Part shown: one piece after another, positions 47,229-56,429 of the stretch
Layout of the letters: every line of letters begins with the position of its first letter
Numbering within the stretch: the first letter of the stretch is position 1
Source of the DNA: Pseudomonadota bacterium
Lineage (GTDB): Bacteria; Myxococcota_A; Polyangia; Fen-1088
Length of the DNA stretch: 64,000 nucleotides
Direction: 5' to 3'
Assembly: GCA_017881245.1 (NCBI GenBank)
Contig: JADGRC010000073.1
Span: 2,500-66,499, forward strand
Notes under the pieces: model-generated
The model's input: only the letters and a program-made list of their open reading frames with translations
Databases searched by the model: none
What the model was told of the DNA's origin: nothing
Program-made: the position numbers and the translations under genes

Positions 47229-47543
47229 CTAGCCCTCCTCCACCGTCCCGGTGACGGGAACGATGCGCGGGACCTGGAAAAAATTCTGGTCGCGGCGCGG
47301 CGCATTTCGCAGAGCCTCGTCCACGGACAACGGGGGTTCCTCGACGTCGGGCCGCAAGGGGCAATCGAAGGGCACCGCATGGGTCATGGGCTCCGTCGAT
47401 GTCGTATCCAGCTCCCGCAACGCATCGATGTGCCCCAGGATCGCGTCAAGATCCCGCGTCATTCTGACGATTTCCGCGTCGGTGAGAGCCAACCGCGCCA
47501 GTACGGCGATTTCTCGGACTTCTTCCGGGCGGATGCGCGACAT
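47229..47543 (-). CDS. gatC: Asp/Glu-tRNA amidotransferase subunit C
   Basis: IAVLARLAL...NAP...FFQVPRIV; gatCAB order. Confidence 0.95.
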   Translation of the reverse strand: MSRIRPEEVREIAVLARLALTDAEIVRMTRDLDAILGHIDALRELDTTSTEPMTHAVPFDCPLRPDVEEPPLSVDEALRNAPRRDQNFFQVPRIVPVTGTVEEG

Positions 47544-47638
47544 CGGGTCCCTTAACTACCAGAATATGGCCGCAAGTGCAGAGGAGCTGTATGATGGGGG
47601 GTCTTTGGACGCAACCAAAATGCCCCGCATGCCACCTA

Positions 47639-47814
47639 ACGCGCCTTCGGCGCTCGCGGGAAGGGGCGGACCCCTCCCCGCGGACCCCTCCCGACGGATC
47701 CCTAAGCCGTCGATCCCGGCGCAGCTAAGCTGCGCCTCCCGGTGCTTGGAAAAGCTCTGCGATCGCCATTCGGAAAAGTTGCCTCATTTGCTCAGATTTC
47801 GATCGGGTAAGGCA
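47639..47814 (+). repeat. Hairpin-rich interspersed repeat, copy 1
   Basis: Aligns with 51577-51739; internal duplication of GCGGACCCCTCCC. Confidence 0.9.
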
Positions 47815-47844
47815 CCTGTTGCTGCCCTATCGCGGAAGGACCCT

Positions 47845-48870
47845 ATGTCGGCGCCGCCGGATGCGCGGCGTCTCGGCTGGGCGTTGCCCGCGCTGGCGGG
47901 AGCCCTATGGACCCTAGCGGCTTGCGACGGTGCCATTCCCTCGGTCGATGCGTCGACGCCGGTCAGCGCTCGCACTTCGGCGGTCTCCCTGCGAATCGAC
48001 GTTTCGCCGCAAAGTCCGGCGTCCTTGCCGGACTCCTTGCCGGCGTCGTTGAGCGTCTTGGCATTTCGCGCCGTGTTTTCCGGCATGGCCGCGGCCGAGA
48101 TCTTGGGGATGGTCGATCCGCTGGCGGCGGACGCGCCACTCCATGATTGCCAGGTGCGCGACGTCGACCAGGCGGCCGCGGCGCTGGTGGCGCGCGGCGA
48201 CGCTATCGAGCTCGAGGAACTGGCCGGTATTGGGGTTTCCGTCGCCGGCGACAACGCCGTCGAGATTCGACCCTCTCCCCGTCTTTATCCCGATCTGGCC
48301 GCGACCATCGGCGGTGTGGTCGGCGAGGCTGGACCCCTCGGACTGTCGTCCGTCCCCCAGGAGGTGCGCGTCCGGGGCGGGATGACGGTCGTGCCCAGCC
48401 CGAATCCTTCCCGAGACTCGTCCCGGAACCTGTCCGGGGACTTGGCGGGTGACCTGTCGGGCGACGGATTGGACTTGGCAGTCGTCGGTGTTCCCGCCAC
48501 CGGTTGGATCAAGACGGTAAATGGCAGTGTCCCGCGCGATGGAATGCTGATTCCGATCAGCGCCGATTTGAATCTGAACCTCACCCCGACCGAGGTGACC
48601 GAAACATCCATCGAGCTGCGGCCTTTTGGCGCGACGGTCGCGTTGACCTGCGTCGTCCCGTCGAACAGCGTTCCGGCCAGCGGTCAGATTCCCTTTACGG
48701 TGTCCCGACAAGCGCTCGACGCGCTGGTCTCGGCGGCTCGGGCGACACCGGGCGCGCCCATCGCCGCCGCGTTGGATCTCGTTCGTCGTTCAGGCAAGCA
48801 AATGCCCCTGTCCGCGACCCGCGTCTCGTTAGAGGTGCGGACGTCGACTTTCGTGGAGCTGCGCCCGTGA
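47845..48870 (+). CDS. Hypothetical lipoprotein
   Basis: AAGGA RBS, LAAC lipobox; overlaps the PilZ gene start. Confidence 0.7.
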   Translation: MSAPPDARRLGWALPALAGALWTLAACDGAIPSVDASTPVSARTSAVSLRIDVSPQSPASLPDSLPASLSVLAFRAVFSGMAAAEILGMVDPLAADAPLHDCQVRDVDQAAAALVARGDAIELEELAGIGVSVAGDNAVEIRPSPRLYPDLAATIGGVVGEAGPLGLSSVPQEVRVRGGMTVVPSPNPSRDSSRNLSGDLAGDLSGDGLDLAVVGVPATGWIKTVNGSVPRDGMLIPISADLNLNLTPTEVTETSIELRPFGATVALTCVVPSNSVPASGQIPFTVSRQALDALVSAARATPGAPIAAALDLVRRSGKQMPLSATRVSLEVRTSTFVELRP

Positions 48871-49229
48871 GCAACGCGCATGTCCGACGCGACATGCGCA
48901 AGCATTCTCGGCAGCCCGTCGAGTTGCCAGTTCTGGTGAGCGACGCCATGAATCGGGTCAAGGCCGGCATCCAGTTCGAGACGACCGAACTGTCGGCCGG
49001 TGGGGCGTTTCTGCGCTCCGACTTGCTCTTCGAAGTGGGCGAGATCCTGAACCTCCAGATCGAGATTGCCCCCAGTCGTCGCATCTCGGCCGTCGGTCGC
49101 GTCGTTCGGGTATCGCGGGGGAATGCTCAGGACGGGCAGAATCGTATGGCCGGAATGGGCATTGAATTCGTCGATCTGTCTCCCGCGGACCGCCTCGCCC
49201 TGGAAGCACGCTTCGCTGAGACTCCCTGA
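48867..49229 (+). CDS. PilZ domain protein
   Basis: RKHSR (RxxxR), ELSAGG (D/N replaced by E), GMGIEF. Confidence 0.85.
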   Translation: MSNAHVRRDMRKHSRQPVELPVLVSDAMNRVKAGIQFETTELSAGGAFLRSDLLFEVGEILNLQIEIAPSRRISAVGRVVRVSRGNAQDGQNRMAGMGIEFVDLSPADRLALEARFAETP

Positions 49230-49259
49230 ACCTGGCGCCAAGCCCGAGGTCCCATTCAC

Positions 49260-49670
49260 ATGGCCGAGACCCTGGATGAGCTGACGTACAACTACGAGGA
49301 GGATGGGACGCTCGTCCGAAAGGAATTGGACCGAGCGGTCCTGACCAAGGGTGGCTGGGTGACCATGATGTTTCTGTTCCAGGAACTGGATAGAAAGAGC
49401 GGCAAGTTTCGAGCGCCGAAGATGGCCATCGTTCGTTTCAAGAAGAGCAAGGGCAGCTATCGCAAACAGTCGTCATTCAACATCTCGAGCGAGAAGCAGG
49501 CGCGCCAGATCGTGGCGGTCTTCGAGGACTGGTACCCGAAGATCGCGACAGTGTCCGAGGCCGAGGCCGCGGCCGCGCGCGGCTCAGATACCTCCGCCGG
49601 GGAGGTCGACGATTCCGAGGCTGCTCAGGATAATGCGCCCGAGCCCGCCGACCACGAAGACGAAACCTGA
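49260..49670 (+). CDS. Conserved hypothetical protein
   Basis: 136-aa ORF with acidic tail, within the operon. Confidence 0.75.
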   Translation: MAETLDELTYNYEEDGTLVRKELDRAVLTKGGWVTMMFLFQELDRKSGKFRAPKMAIVRFKKSKGSYRKQSSFNISSEKQARQIVAVFEDWYPKIATVSEAEAAAARGSDTSAGEVDDSEAAQDNAPEPADHEDET

Positions 49671-49678
49671 TAGGGCCC

Positions 49679-50707
49679 GTGATCGCAGCGTTCGTCAATC
49701 CGCGGTCTCGGGCCAACCGGAAGAATCCGCTTCTCGCTGCACGCCTCGCGCGCGCTCTCGGTGACGCGGGCCGGGTGATCGCGCCGTCATCCCTGCAGGC
49801 GCTCGACGAAGAAACACGCGCCCTGGCAGCCGATCCGCCGACCGTCATAGCCGTGCATGGAGGCGACGGGACGTTACACAAGACCCTGACCGCCCTGTTG
49901 CGAGCCTTCGACCAGAGTGCCCTGCCGCCGATTGCAATTCTGGGCGGGGGCACCATGAATGTGGTCGCCAGTTCGCTTGGGATTCGTACCCGCGCAGTCC
50001 CGTTTTTGGCGCACCTCGGCGATCTCGACAGGGCCGGGCGCTCGCCCGCCCTCATCTACCGGCGCTGCCTCCGCATTGGCGACCACGTCGGGTTCGTATT
50101 CGGCAATGGTGTTCTGGCCAACTTTCTGGTCGAGTATTACGCGGGGCGCCAATACGGCCCGGCGCGGGCGATATGGCTGCTCGGGCGACTGTTTCTATCG
50201 GCCCTCATTCAAGGGCCGTTCGTACGCAGGGTGTTCAAACGGTTCCGTGGCGTGGTGGTCGTCAATGGGCAGACGTTGGATTTTCCGGACCTGATGGCGG
50301 TGGGCGCCGGCACGGTTCGGGAGGTGGGCCTCGGATTCAAGCTCCTCCACCAGGCGGACGATGATCCAGATCGCTTTGCCGTCCTCGCCATCCACGCCGG
50401 TGCGCGAGCGCTGGTTTCCGACCTGGCCTCCGTGCGCAGGGGCCGCGGCATATCACCCGCACACGCGTTCAGCACGGTCGCTTCCAACGTGGAGATAAGA
50501 CCCTTTGAGCCCAACACACCCTACACGATCGACGGGGACATCTATCGGGCCGGGGAATGCCTGTGCATCGAGTTGGGACCACGAGTGGCCTTCGTCGACC
50601 CCCGCCAGCGCGAGCAGGGCGAACGCGACGAACAGGGCAAATCGGGCAAACATGACAAATCAGGCAAACAGACCCGTGGGGGCGAGAGTCCAAGCTCAAG
50701 CTCATAG
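49679..50707 (+). CDS. Diacylglycerol kinase (DAGK_cat) family lipid kinase
   Basis: VNPRS, GGDGT, GGTMN, TIDGD. Confidence 0.88.
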   Translation: MIAAFVNPRSRANRKNPLLAARLARALGDAGRVIAPSSLQALDEETRALAADPPTVIAVHGGDGTLHKTLTALLRAFDQSALPPIAILGGGTMNVVASSLGIRTRAVPFLAHLGDLDRAGRSPALIYRRCLRIGDHVGFVFGNGVLANFLVEYYAGRQYGPARAIWLLGRLFLSALIQGPFVRRVFKRFRGVVVVNGQTLDFPDLMAVGAGTVREVGLGFKLLHQADDDPDRFAVLAIHAGARALVSDLASVRRGRGISPAHAFSTVASNVEIRPFEPNTPYTIDGDIYRAGECLCIELGPRVAFVDPRQREQGERDEQGKSGKHDKSGKQTRGGESPSSSS

Positions 50708-50782
50708 CGGCTCCCCGCGTTCGCGCGAACGCCGCATTTCGTTGCGACGTTCGGCTCGCGAGGCTACGATGGATGTTTCGCC

Positions 50783-51574
50783 ATGAGTACGTCATTCCCG
50801 CTCGACGGAATGCGTGTCCGCTTCGCCGGCGACACGAACGTCGGCATGAAGCGCGCGCACAACGAGGATTCGTTGTACTTGCCAGAGTTCGAGCGGTTGG
50901 CCATCGTCGCCGACGGCATGGGTGGACACGCATCGGGCGAGGTGGCCAGCAAGCTGGCGGTTGAAACGATCGCGGGTTTCTTCAGGACCACCCAAGACGA
51001 GCAGCAGTTGACGTGGCCGTTCAAGATGGACCGTGGGCACAGATACGACGTCAACCGCCTCATCACGGCCATCAAACTGGCGAACCTGAAAATCCACGAA
51101 CAAGCGCAGCGCGACCCCAATTGCCACGGCATGGGCACGACCGTGATCTCGACGTTGTTTCTGGATGATGCCCTGATAGTCGGCCACGTGGGGGACAGCC
51201 GCCTCTACCGCCGGCGCGATGGTGCGTTCGAACAGCTGACCGAGGATCACTCGCTCCTGAACGACTACATCAAGATGAAACATTTAACCCCCGCGGAAAT
51301 CGCCGCGTTCCCGCACAAGAACGTGATTGTCCGGGCGCTCGGAATGCGCGACACCGTCCAGGTGGACGTCTACGTGGACACGCCTCGAATGGGCGACGTG
51401 TACGTACTGTGCTCCGACGGGCTGTCCGGCATGGTGTCCGACGAGCAGATCGCCGACATCGCCGGCACCGACAGAGATCTAGACAGCATCTGTGAGGAAC
51501 TGATCAGCCTAGCGAACCGCAACGGGGGCCTCGACAACGTGACCGTCGTGGCTGCCCGCATCGAGAATGCCTGA
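50783..51574 (+). CDS. PP2C-type Ser/Thr phosphatase (Stp1/IreP family)
   Basis: NEDS, ADGMGGH, HVGDSR, LCSDGL, DNVT. Confidence 0.95.
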   Translation: MSTSFPLDGMRVRFAGDTNVGMKRAHNEDSLYLPEFERLAIVADGMGGHASGEVASKLAVETIAGFFRTTQDEQQLTWPFKMDRGHRYDVNRLITAIKLANLKIHEQAQRDPNCHGMGTTVISTLFLDDALIVGHVGDSRLYRRRDGAFEQLTEDHSLLNDYIKMKHLTPAEIAAFPHKNVIVRALGMRDTVQVDVYVDTPRMGDVYVLCSDGLSGMVSDEQIADIAGTDRDLDSICEELISLANRNGGLDNVTVVAARIENA

Positions 51575-51576
51575 TC

Positions 51577-51739
51577 ACGCGCCTTCGGCGCTTCGCGGGA
51601 AGGGGCGGACCCCTCCCGACGGATCCCTAAGCCGTCGATCCCGGCGCAGCAAAGCTGCGCCTCTGGGTGCTTGAAAAGCTACCGCGATCGCCATCCGGAA
51701 ACTTGCCTCATTCGTTTACATTTTCGTCCGGGTAAGGCA
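51577..51739 (+). repeat. Hairpin-rich interspersed repeat, copy 2
   Basis: Direct-orientation homologue of 47639-47814, starting 3 bp after the PP2C stop. Confidence 0.9.
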
Positions 51740-51899
51740 TCTGGAACGCCTGTGTCACGGCTTACCTCGAGAATGCCTCCAAGAAGTGCGACTACCCGTG
51801 ATCACACGGGCACGGAAATCCTAGTAAATCCTCGCGTCGAATCTGGAGGCACACCGAAAGGCCCGCGGTTTTCAGCGCCTCCATTCGGAAGCCCGTACA

Positions 51900-53789
51900 T
51901 CACGTCGTGATTGCCTTGGCGGAAACCCCAGCCGATGGCGTGGGCAGGCCGCTTCCGGCGGGAGTCGGACGCTCGCCCGTCTGAAGTCGCCAGAGCGCCG
52001 CGTACGGCCCGCCGGCCGCGCGCAGATCGTCGTGGGTCCCCTGCTCGACGATACGTCCGTCCTCGAGCACGTAGATGAAGTCGGCGTTGCGCACGGTGGA
52101 TAGGCGGTGAGCGATAATGATACTGGTTCGACCCACGACCACGCGGTCAAGTGATCGCAAGATGGCGGCCTCGGTTTCGTTGTCGACCGCGCTCGTGGCC
52201 TCGTCGAGCACCAGGATGGGGGGATTCTTCAGGATCGCGCGCGCGAGCGCGATTCGCTGCCGCTGGCCGCCCGACAACTTCTGACCGCGCTCGCCGACCT
52301 GCGTGTCGTAACCGCTTGGCATCGCCGACACAAAGTCGTGCGCCTCCGCGGTGACGGCGGCCGCGACGATCGCCGCGCGCGGAACATCGGGGACGCCATA
52401 GGCGATGTTTTCGGCGACCGTGGCGTCGGCCAGAAAGCTGTCCTGCGCCACGTAGCCGATGGCCCGACGCAGGTCCTCCAGATCCAACTCCCCGAGCGGT
52501 CGTCCGTCCAGCCGGATTGTGCCTCGCCGCGGTTCATGAAACCGCAACAGCAACTTTACGAGCGTGCTCTTTCCGCCGCCTGTGCCGCCCACGAAAGCCA
52601 CGGCGTGACCAGGCGGAATGGTAAGCGTGATGTCGCTCAGTGTGGCGTGCAGCGTGGGCTTCGTTGTGGACTGGGCCCCGCCGTCGTAGGCGAAGTCGAC
52701 GTGATCGAACGCAATCTCGCCCACCACCGCCGTCGCCGGCAGGCGCGCGCCCCCATAAGGGATCGCGATCGGCGTCTGCACCAGATCCATCACCCGCTTT
52801 ATCGACGCGGTGGAACGTTGATACAGATCGCTCAGCTCGGCGAGCCGAGTCATGGGCCAAAGCAAACGCTGCGTGAGATACACGAGCACTGAGTAGCTGC
52901 CCACCCCCAGCCTGCCCTGCAGCGCCATGAAGCCCCCGTACAATAGCGTGACGGTGAAGCCGGCCAGGATGGCCATGCGGATGATCGGTGTGATCGCGGC
53001 CGACAAGCGGATCGCCTCGCGATTGGCGCTTCGGTAACCATCCGACGCGTCTTGGATTCGTTCGGCCTCGAAGGCCTCAGCGGTGTAGGCCTTGATCGTG
53101 GCCACGCCGAGCAGGTTGTTGTTCAGCCGGGCATTCAACCCGCCCGATGCTTCCCGGACCCGCGCGTAACGGGGGGCCAGCCGGCGCTGAAACCAAAATG
53201 CCCCGTAGATGATCACCGGCACGGGCAAGAGCGCCAGCAAGGCGATCCGCGGCGCGAGCGCGAAAAACACGGCGCCGACCAGCAGGGAGCCCGTGACGAT
53301 CTGAATCAGATCGTTCGCGCCACCGTTCAAGAAACGCTCCATTTGGTTGATGTCGTCGTTCAGGATCGACATCAGGTTTCCGGTGCGCACGTTCTCGAAC
53401 CACGTCATTTCCAGCTTCTGAATGTGCCGGTATGCCTCCATGCGCAGCTCGTGTTGCAGGTTCTGGGCGAGATTCCGCCAGCGCACGTCGTAGAGGTACT
53501 GAAACAACGACTCGCCAACCCAGATCACGACCGTCACCACGGCTAGGCCTATGATCTGCGTACGGGGATCGCTAACGCCGAAGCGCGACAGGAAGGAATC
53601 CTTCCGGTGCACGACGACATCGACGGCAACCCCGATCAGAACCTCGGGCAAGACGTCGAAGAACTTGTTCAGGACCGAGCACAACGACGCCAACCAAACG
53701 TCACGACGGTACTGTCGCGCGTAGGCAAACAAACGGCGAAACGGGTGGAGGGCTGGGTCTGCGTGAACAAGCGGAGCGGCGGGCGGCAT
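51900..53789 (-). CDS. ABC exporter, fused permease/ATPase (MsbA-like)
   Basis: GGTGGGKST, LSGGQRQR, LDEATS, IAHRLS. Confidence 0.95.
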   Translation of the reverse strand: MPPAAPLVHADPALHPFRRLFAYARQYRRDVWLASLCSVLNKFFDVLPEVLIGVAVDVVVHRKDSFLSRFGVSDPRTQIIGLAVVTVVIWVGESLFQYLYDVRWRNLAQNLQHELRMEAYRHIQKLEMTWFENVRTGNLMSILNDDINQMERFLNGGANDLIQIVTGSLLVGAVFFALAPRIALLALLPVPVIIYGAFWFQRRLAPRYARVREASGGLNARLNNNLLGVATIKAYTAEAFEAERIQDASDGYRSANREAIRLSAAITPIIRMAILAGFTVTLLYGGFMALQGRLGVGSYSVLVYLTQRLLWPMTRLAELSDLYQRSTASIKRVMDLVQTPIAIPYGGARLPATAVVGEIAFDHVDFAYDGGAQSTTKPTLHATLSDITLTIPPGHAVAFVGGTGGGKSTLVKLLLRFHEPRRGTIRLDGRPLGELDLEDLRRAIGYVAQDSFLADATVAENIAYGVPDVPRAAIVAAAVTAEAHDFVSAMPSGYDTQVGERGQKLSGGQRQRIALARAILKNPPILVLDEATSAVDNETEAAILRSLDRVVVGRTSIIIAHRLSTVRNADFIYVLEDGRIVEQGTHDDLRAAGGPYAALWRLQTGERPTPAGSGLPTPSAGVSAKAITT

Positions 53790-53834
53790 GGATTATGGAC
53801 CAACGAATAAAATGAACGACCACGGAAAGGGCTG

Positions 53835-55169
53835 TCAGGCCGTAGTCCCGGGGGACGCCTTGCGGGATCTGCCGCGGCCGATCCCTTCATAGGTGAAGCC
53901 GGCGGCGCGAACCTCGGCCGGATCCCAAACGTTTCGCCCATCGAAAATGACCGGCTGACTCATGGCCTTCTTGAGGCGCTCAAAGCTCGGGCGACGGAAC
54001 TCGTTCCACTCCGTCACCAGCACCAAGGCGTCCGCTCCCTCGACGGTCTCGTAGTTCCCCTCCTCGAATCGGATACGATCACCGTAGAGCTTGCGAACCC
54101 CCGGTATGGCCACCGGATCGGTCGCCACGACCTCGGCGCCAGCCCCCAGCAACTGATCGATTAACGTGAGCGCCGGAGCCTCGCGAATGTCATCAGTCCC
54201 CGGCTTGAAGGCGAGGCCCCAGACGGCGATTCGCTTGCCCCGCAGGTTGCTACCGAAGTAGGCCAATACCTTTTCGCCCAGTCGTTGCTTCTGCGTCTCA
54301 TTGACCGCGACGACCGCTTCCAGTATCCGCAAGGAGTACCCTGCCTGCTGCCCGGTGCTGATGCAGGCTCGCAGATCCTTCGGAAAACAGCTGCCCCCGA
54401 ATCCAGGACCCGCGAACAGAAATTTGGGGCCGATGCGCGCGTCCGACCCCATGCCCTTTCGGACCAATTCGATATCGCAGCCCAGGATCTCGCACAGGTT
54501 CGCCAGATCATTCATGAACGAAATTCTCGTCGCCAACATCGAATTGGCGGCGTACTTGGTGAGCTCGGCCGACCGACGGTCCATGACCATCATCCGGTCG
54601 CTCGTGCGCGTGAAGGGAGCGTACAGGTTTCGCAAGCATTCGATGGCACGCTTGTCCTCTGCGCCGACGATCACGCGGTCCGGCTTCATGAAGTCGTTGA
54701 CGGCGTCGCCCTCCTTCAAGAACTCGGGATTGGATGCCACGGCGAATTCTTGCCGCGTCCGCTTCACCATCAGGGCCTCGATCTTGTCCCCGGTTCCCAC
54801 GGGTACGGTGGATTTGGTGACCACGACCGCCCAGCCGGTCAGCGCGTCCGCGATGCTCTCGGCCGCCTTGAAGATGAACGACAGGTCGGCCGAGCCATCG
54901 GCGCCCGGGGGTGTTCCGACGGCCAACAAGACAACCTCCGCCCCCGCGACACCGCGCGAGATGTCGGTGGTGAACTGCAAGCGGCCCTCGGCGGCGTTCC
55001 GCGCCACCAGCTTGTCCAGGCCCGGCTCGTAGATCGGCAGCTCGCCCCGGTTCAACCCATCTATCTTGTTCCGATCGACGTCGCAGCAGACGACGTCATT
55101 CCCCATGTCCGAGAACCCGGCGCCCGCGACAAGGCCCACGTAACCGGTTCCGATGACGCAGATTTTCAT
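53835..55169 (-). CDS. ugd: UDP-glucose 6-dehydrogenase
   Basis: GTGYVG, SNPEFLKEG, GFGGSCFPKD, FKPGTDDIRE. Confidence 0.96.
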   Translation of the reverse strand: MKICVIGTGYVGLVAGAGFSDMGNDVVCCDVDRNKIDGLNRGELPIYEPGLDKLVARNAAEGRLQFTTDISRGVAGAEVVLLAVGTPPGADGSADLSFIFKAAESIADALTGWAVVVTKSTVPVGTGDKIEALMVKRTRQEFAVASNPEFLKEGDAVNDFMKPDRVIVGAEDKRAIECLRNLYAPFTRTSDRMMVMDRRSAELTKYAANSMLATRISFMNDLANLCEILGCDIELVRKGMGSDARIGPKFLFAGPGFGGSCFPKDLRACISTGQQAGYSLRILEAVVAVNETQKQRLGEKVLAYFGSNLRGKRIAVWGLAFKPGTDDIREAPALTLIDQLLGAGAEVVATDPVAIPGVRKLYGDRIRFEEGNYETVEGADALVLVTEWNEFRRPSFERLKKAMSQPVIFDGRNVWDPAEVRAAGFTYEGIGRGRSRKASPGTTA

Positions 55170-55204
55170 CGCGAAAGGCATACCATGATAGCTTTCGGAA
55201 CTCG

Positions 55205-56191
55205 ATGAAGGTGATGCTGCTGGCGGCGGGCCGTAGCACGCGGCTTGGCGCTCTGGGCCGGACGCTGCCGAAACCGTTGGCGCCGATCTGTGGTTACCCC
55301 GCTATTTTGTTCGGTTTGGCGGCATGCGCGCGTGCGGGCCTGACCGAAGTGATCGTGAACCTGCATCACCATGGGGATCTCATTCGAAGCACGCTCGGCG
55401 ACGGCAGCGCCATGGGGGTCCGCGTGACCTACTCGGATGAAATCGACTTGCTGGGCACGGGCGGCGGGTTGGCCCGCGCTCGACCGTTGCTCGGTACCGG
55501 CTCCGTCGTGGTCATGAATGCCAAGGTGGTCGCCAACGTGAACCTGCAGGCGCTGATCGCTGCTCACGAAGCGTCCGGCGCCGATGCAACATTGGTCTTG
55601 CGTGACGATCCGGCCGCGCGCACCTGGGGCGCGATTTCCTCCGACGAGGACGGGCGCGTGGTCGGCATCCTCGACGCCACCTCGCCGCTCGTGCCCCGCG
55701 GGAAGATCATCGAGCGGATGTTCACCGGAATTCAGATAGTCGGTCGGCAGGTGTTGGATCGGCTGCATCCGGTGCCGTCCGATTCCGTGCGCGATGGGTA
55801 TATCCCGGCATTGCAAGACGGCGCCGATATCCGGGCAGTCGTGCTACCCGGGTATTTCGCGGAGCATTCGACGCCGGAACGTTACCTAGCGGGCAATCTT
55901 GCGCTGTTGCGTGACCCCCACCTCATCAGCCATCCGCCAGGGCCCCTGACCGGAATCGATCCCCATGCCAACATTGATCCCCGCGCCCACGTCATCGCCC
56001 CCGTTCGCATCGAAGCCGACGCGGTGATCGAGGCCAATGCCATCGTCGGCCCGGAGGTCGTTGTGGGCCGAGGCGCAATCGTCCGCTCGGGCGCCCATGT
56101 TTCCCACGCCGTCCTGTGGCCCGCCGCCGAAGTCGAGGGCAAGGTGGATAGCGCCGTCCTCCAGCCTCGTGACCCGGCCGCGTTGCTGTGA
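55205..56191 (+). CDS. NDP-sugar pyrophosphorylase (mannose-1-P guanylyltransferase-like)
   Basis: LAAGRSTRL...LPKPL, LLGTGGG, C-terminal left-handed beta-helix. Confidence 0.88.
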   Translation: MKVMLLAAGRSTRLGALGRTLPKPLAPICGYPAILFGLAACARAGLTEVIVNLHHHGDLIRSTLGDGSAMGVRVTYSDEIDLLGTGGGLARARPLLGTGSVVVMNAKVVANVNLQALIAAHEASGADATLVLRDDPAARTWGAISSDEDGRVVGILDATSPLVPRGKIIERMFTGIQIVGRQVLDRLHPVPSDSVRDGYIPALQDGADIRAVVLPGYFAEHSTPERYLAGNLALLRDPHLISHPPGPLTGIDPHANIDPRAHVIAPVRIEADAVIEANAIVGPEVVVGRGAIVRSGAHVSHAVLWPAAEVEGKVDSAVLQPRDPAALL

Positions 56192-56358
56192 TTTTGCCGG
56201 CGGGCCTCGATAGTCGGGCGCTAAATAAGGCAACTTCTCCGAAGGCCGATCATAAGGCTTTTCCAAGCATCGGGAGGCGTGGCAAAGCCGCACCCCACGC
56301 AGGAAGACCTGCCTGGGGACCCCGCGCCACGCCGGCGTTGACGGCCTGCGGGGGAGCA

Positions 56359-56393
56359 CATGAGGGGGACACCCGGGGGGACACCCCCTCATG
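56359..56393. terminator. Perfect 10-bp inverted repeat between convergent genes
   Basis: CATGAGGGGG...CCCCCTCATG; no U-tract. Confidence 0.4.
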
Positions 56394-56429
56394 GCGGCGA
56401 AGCCGCTCTGGCGAGAAAGACCGGCCCCG

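Noticed and set aside
45660-47555. 631-aa plus-strand ORF and similar long antisense ORFs (12784-14454, 18986-20380, 58765-60174)
   Set aside because: Shadow frames of real genes, expected from high-GC codon bias.
53368-53379. GACATCAGGTTT match to the IstA-upstream repeat
   Set aside because: Single copy inside the ABC transporter CDS (encodes part of GNLMS); probably chance.
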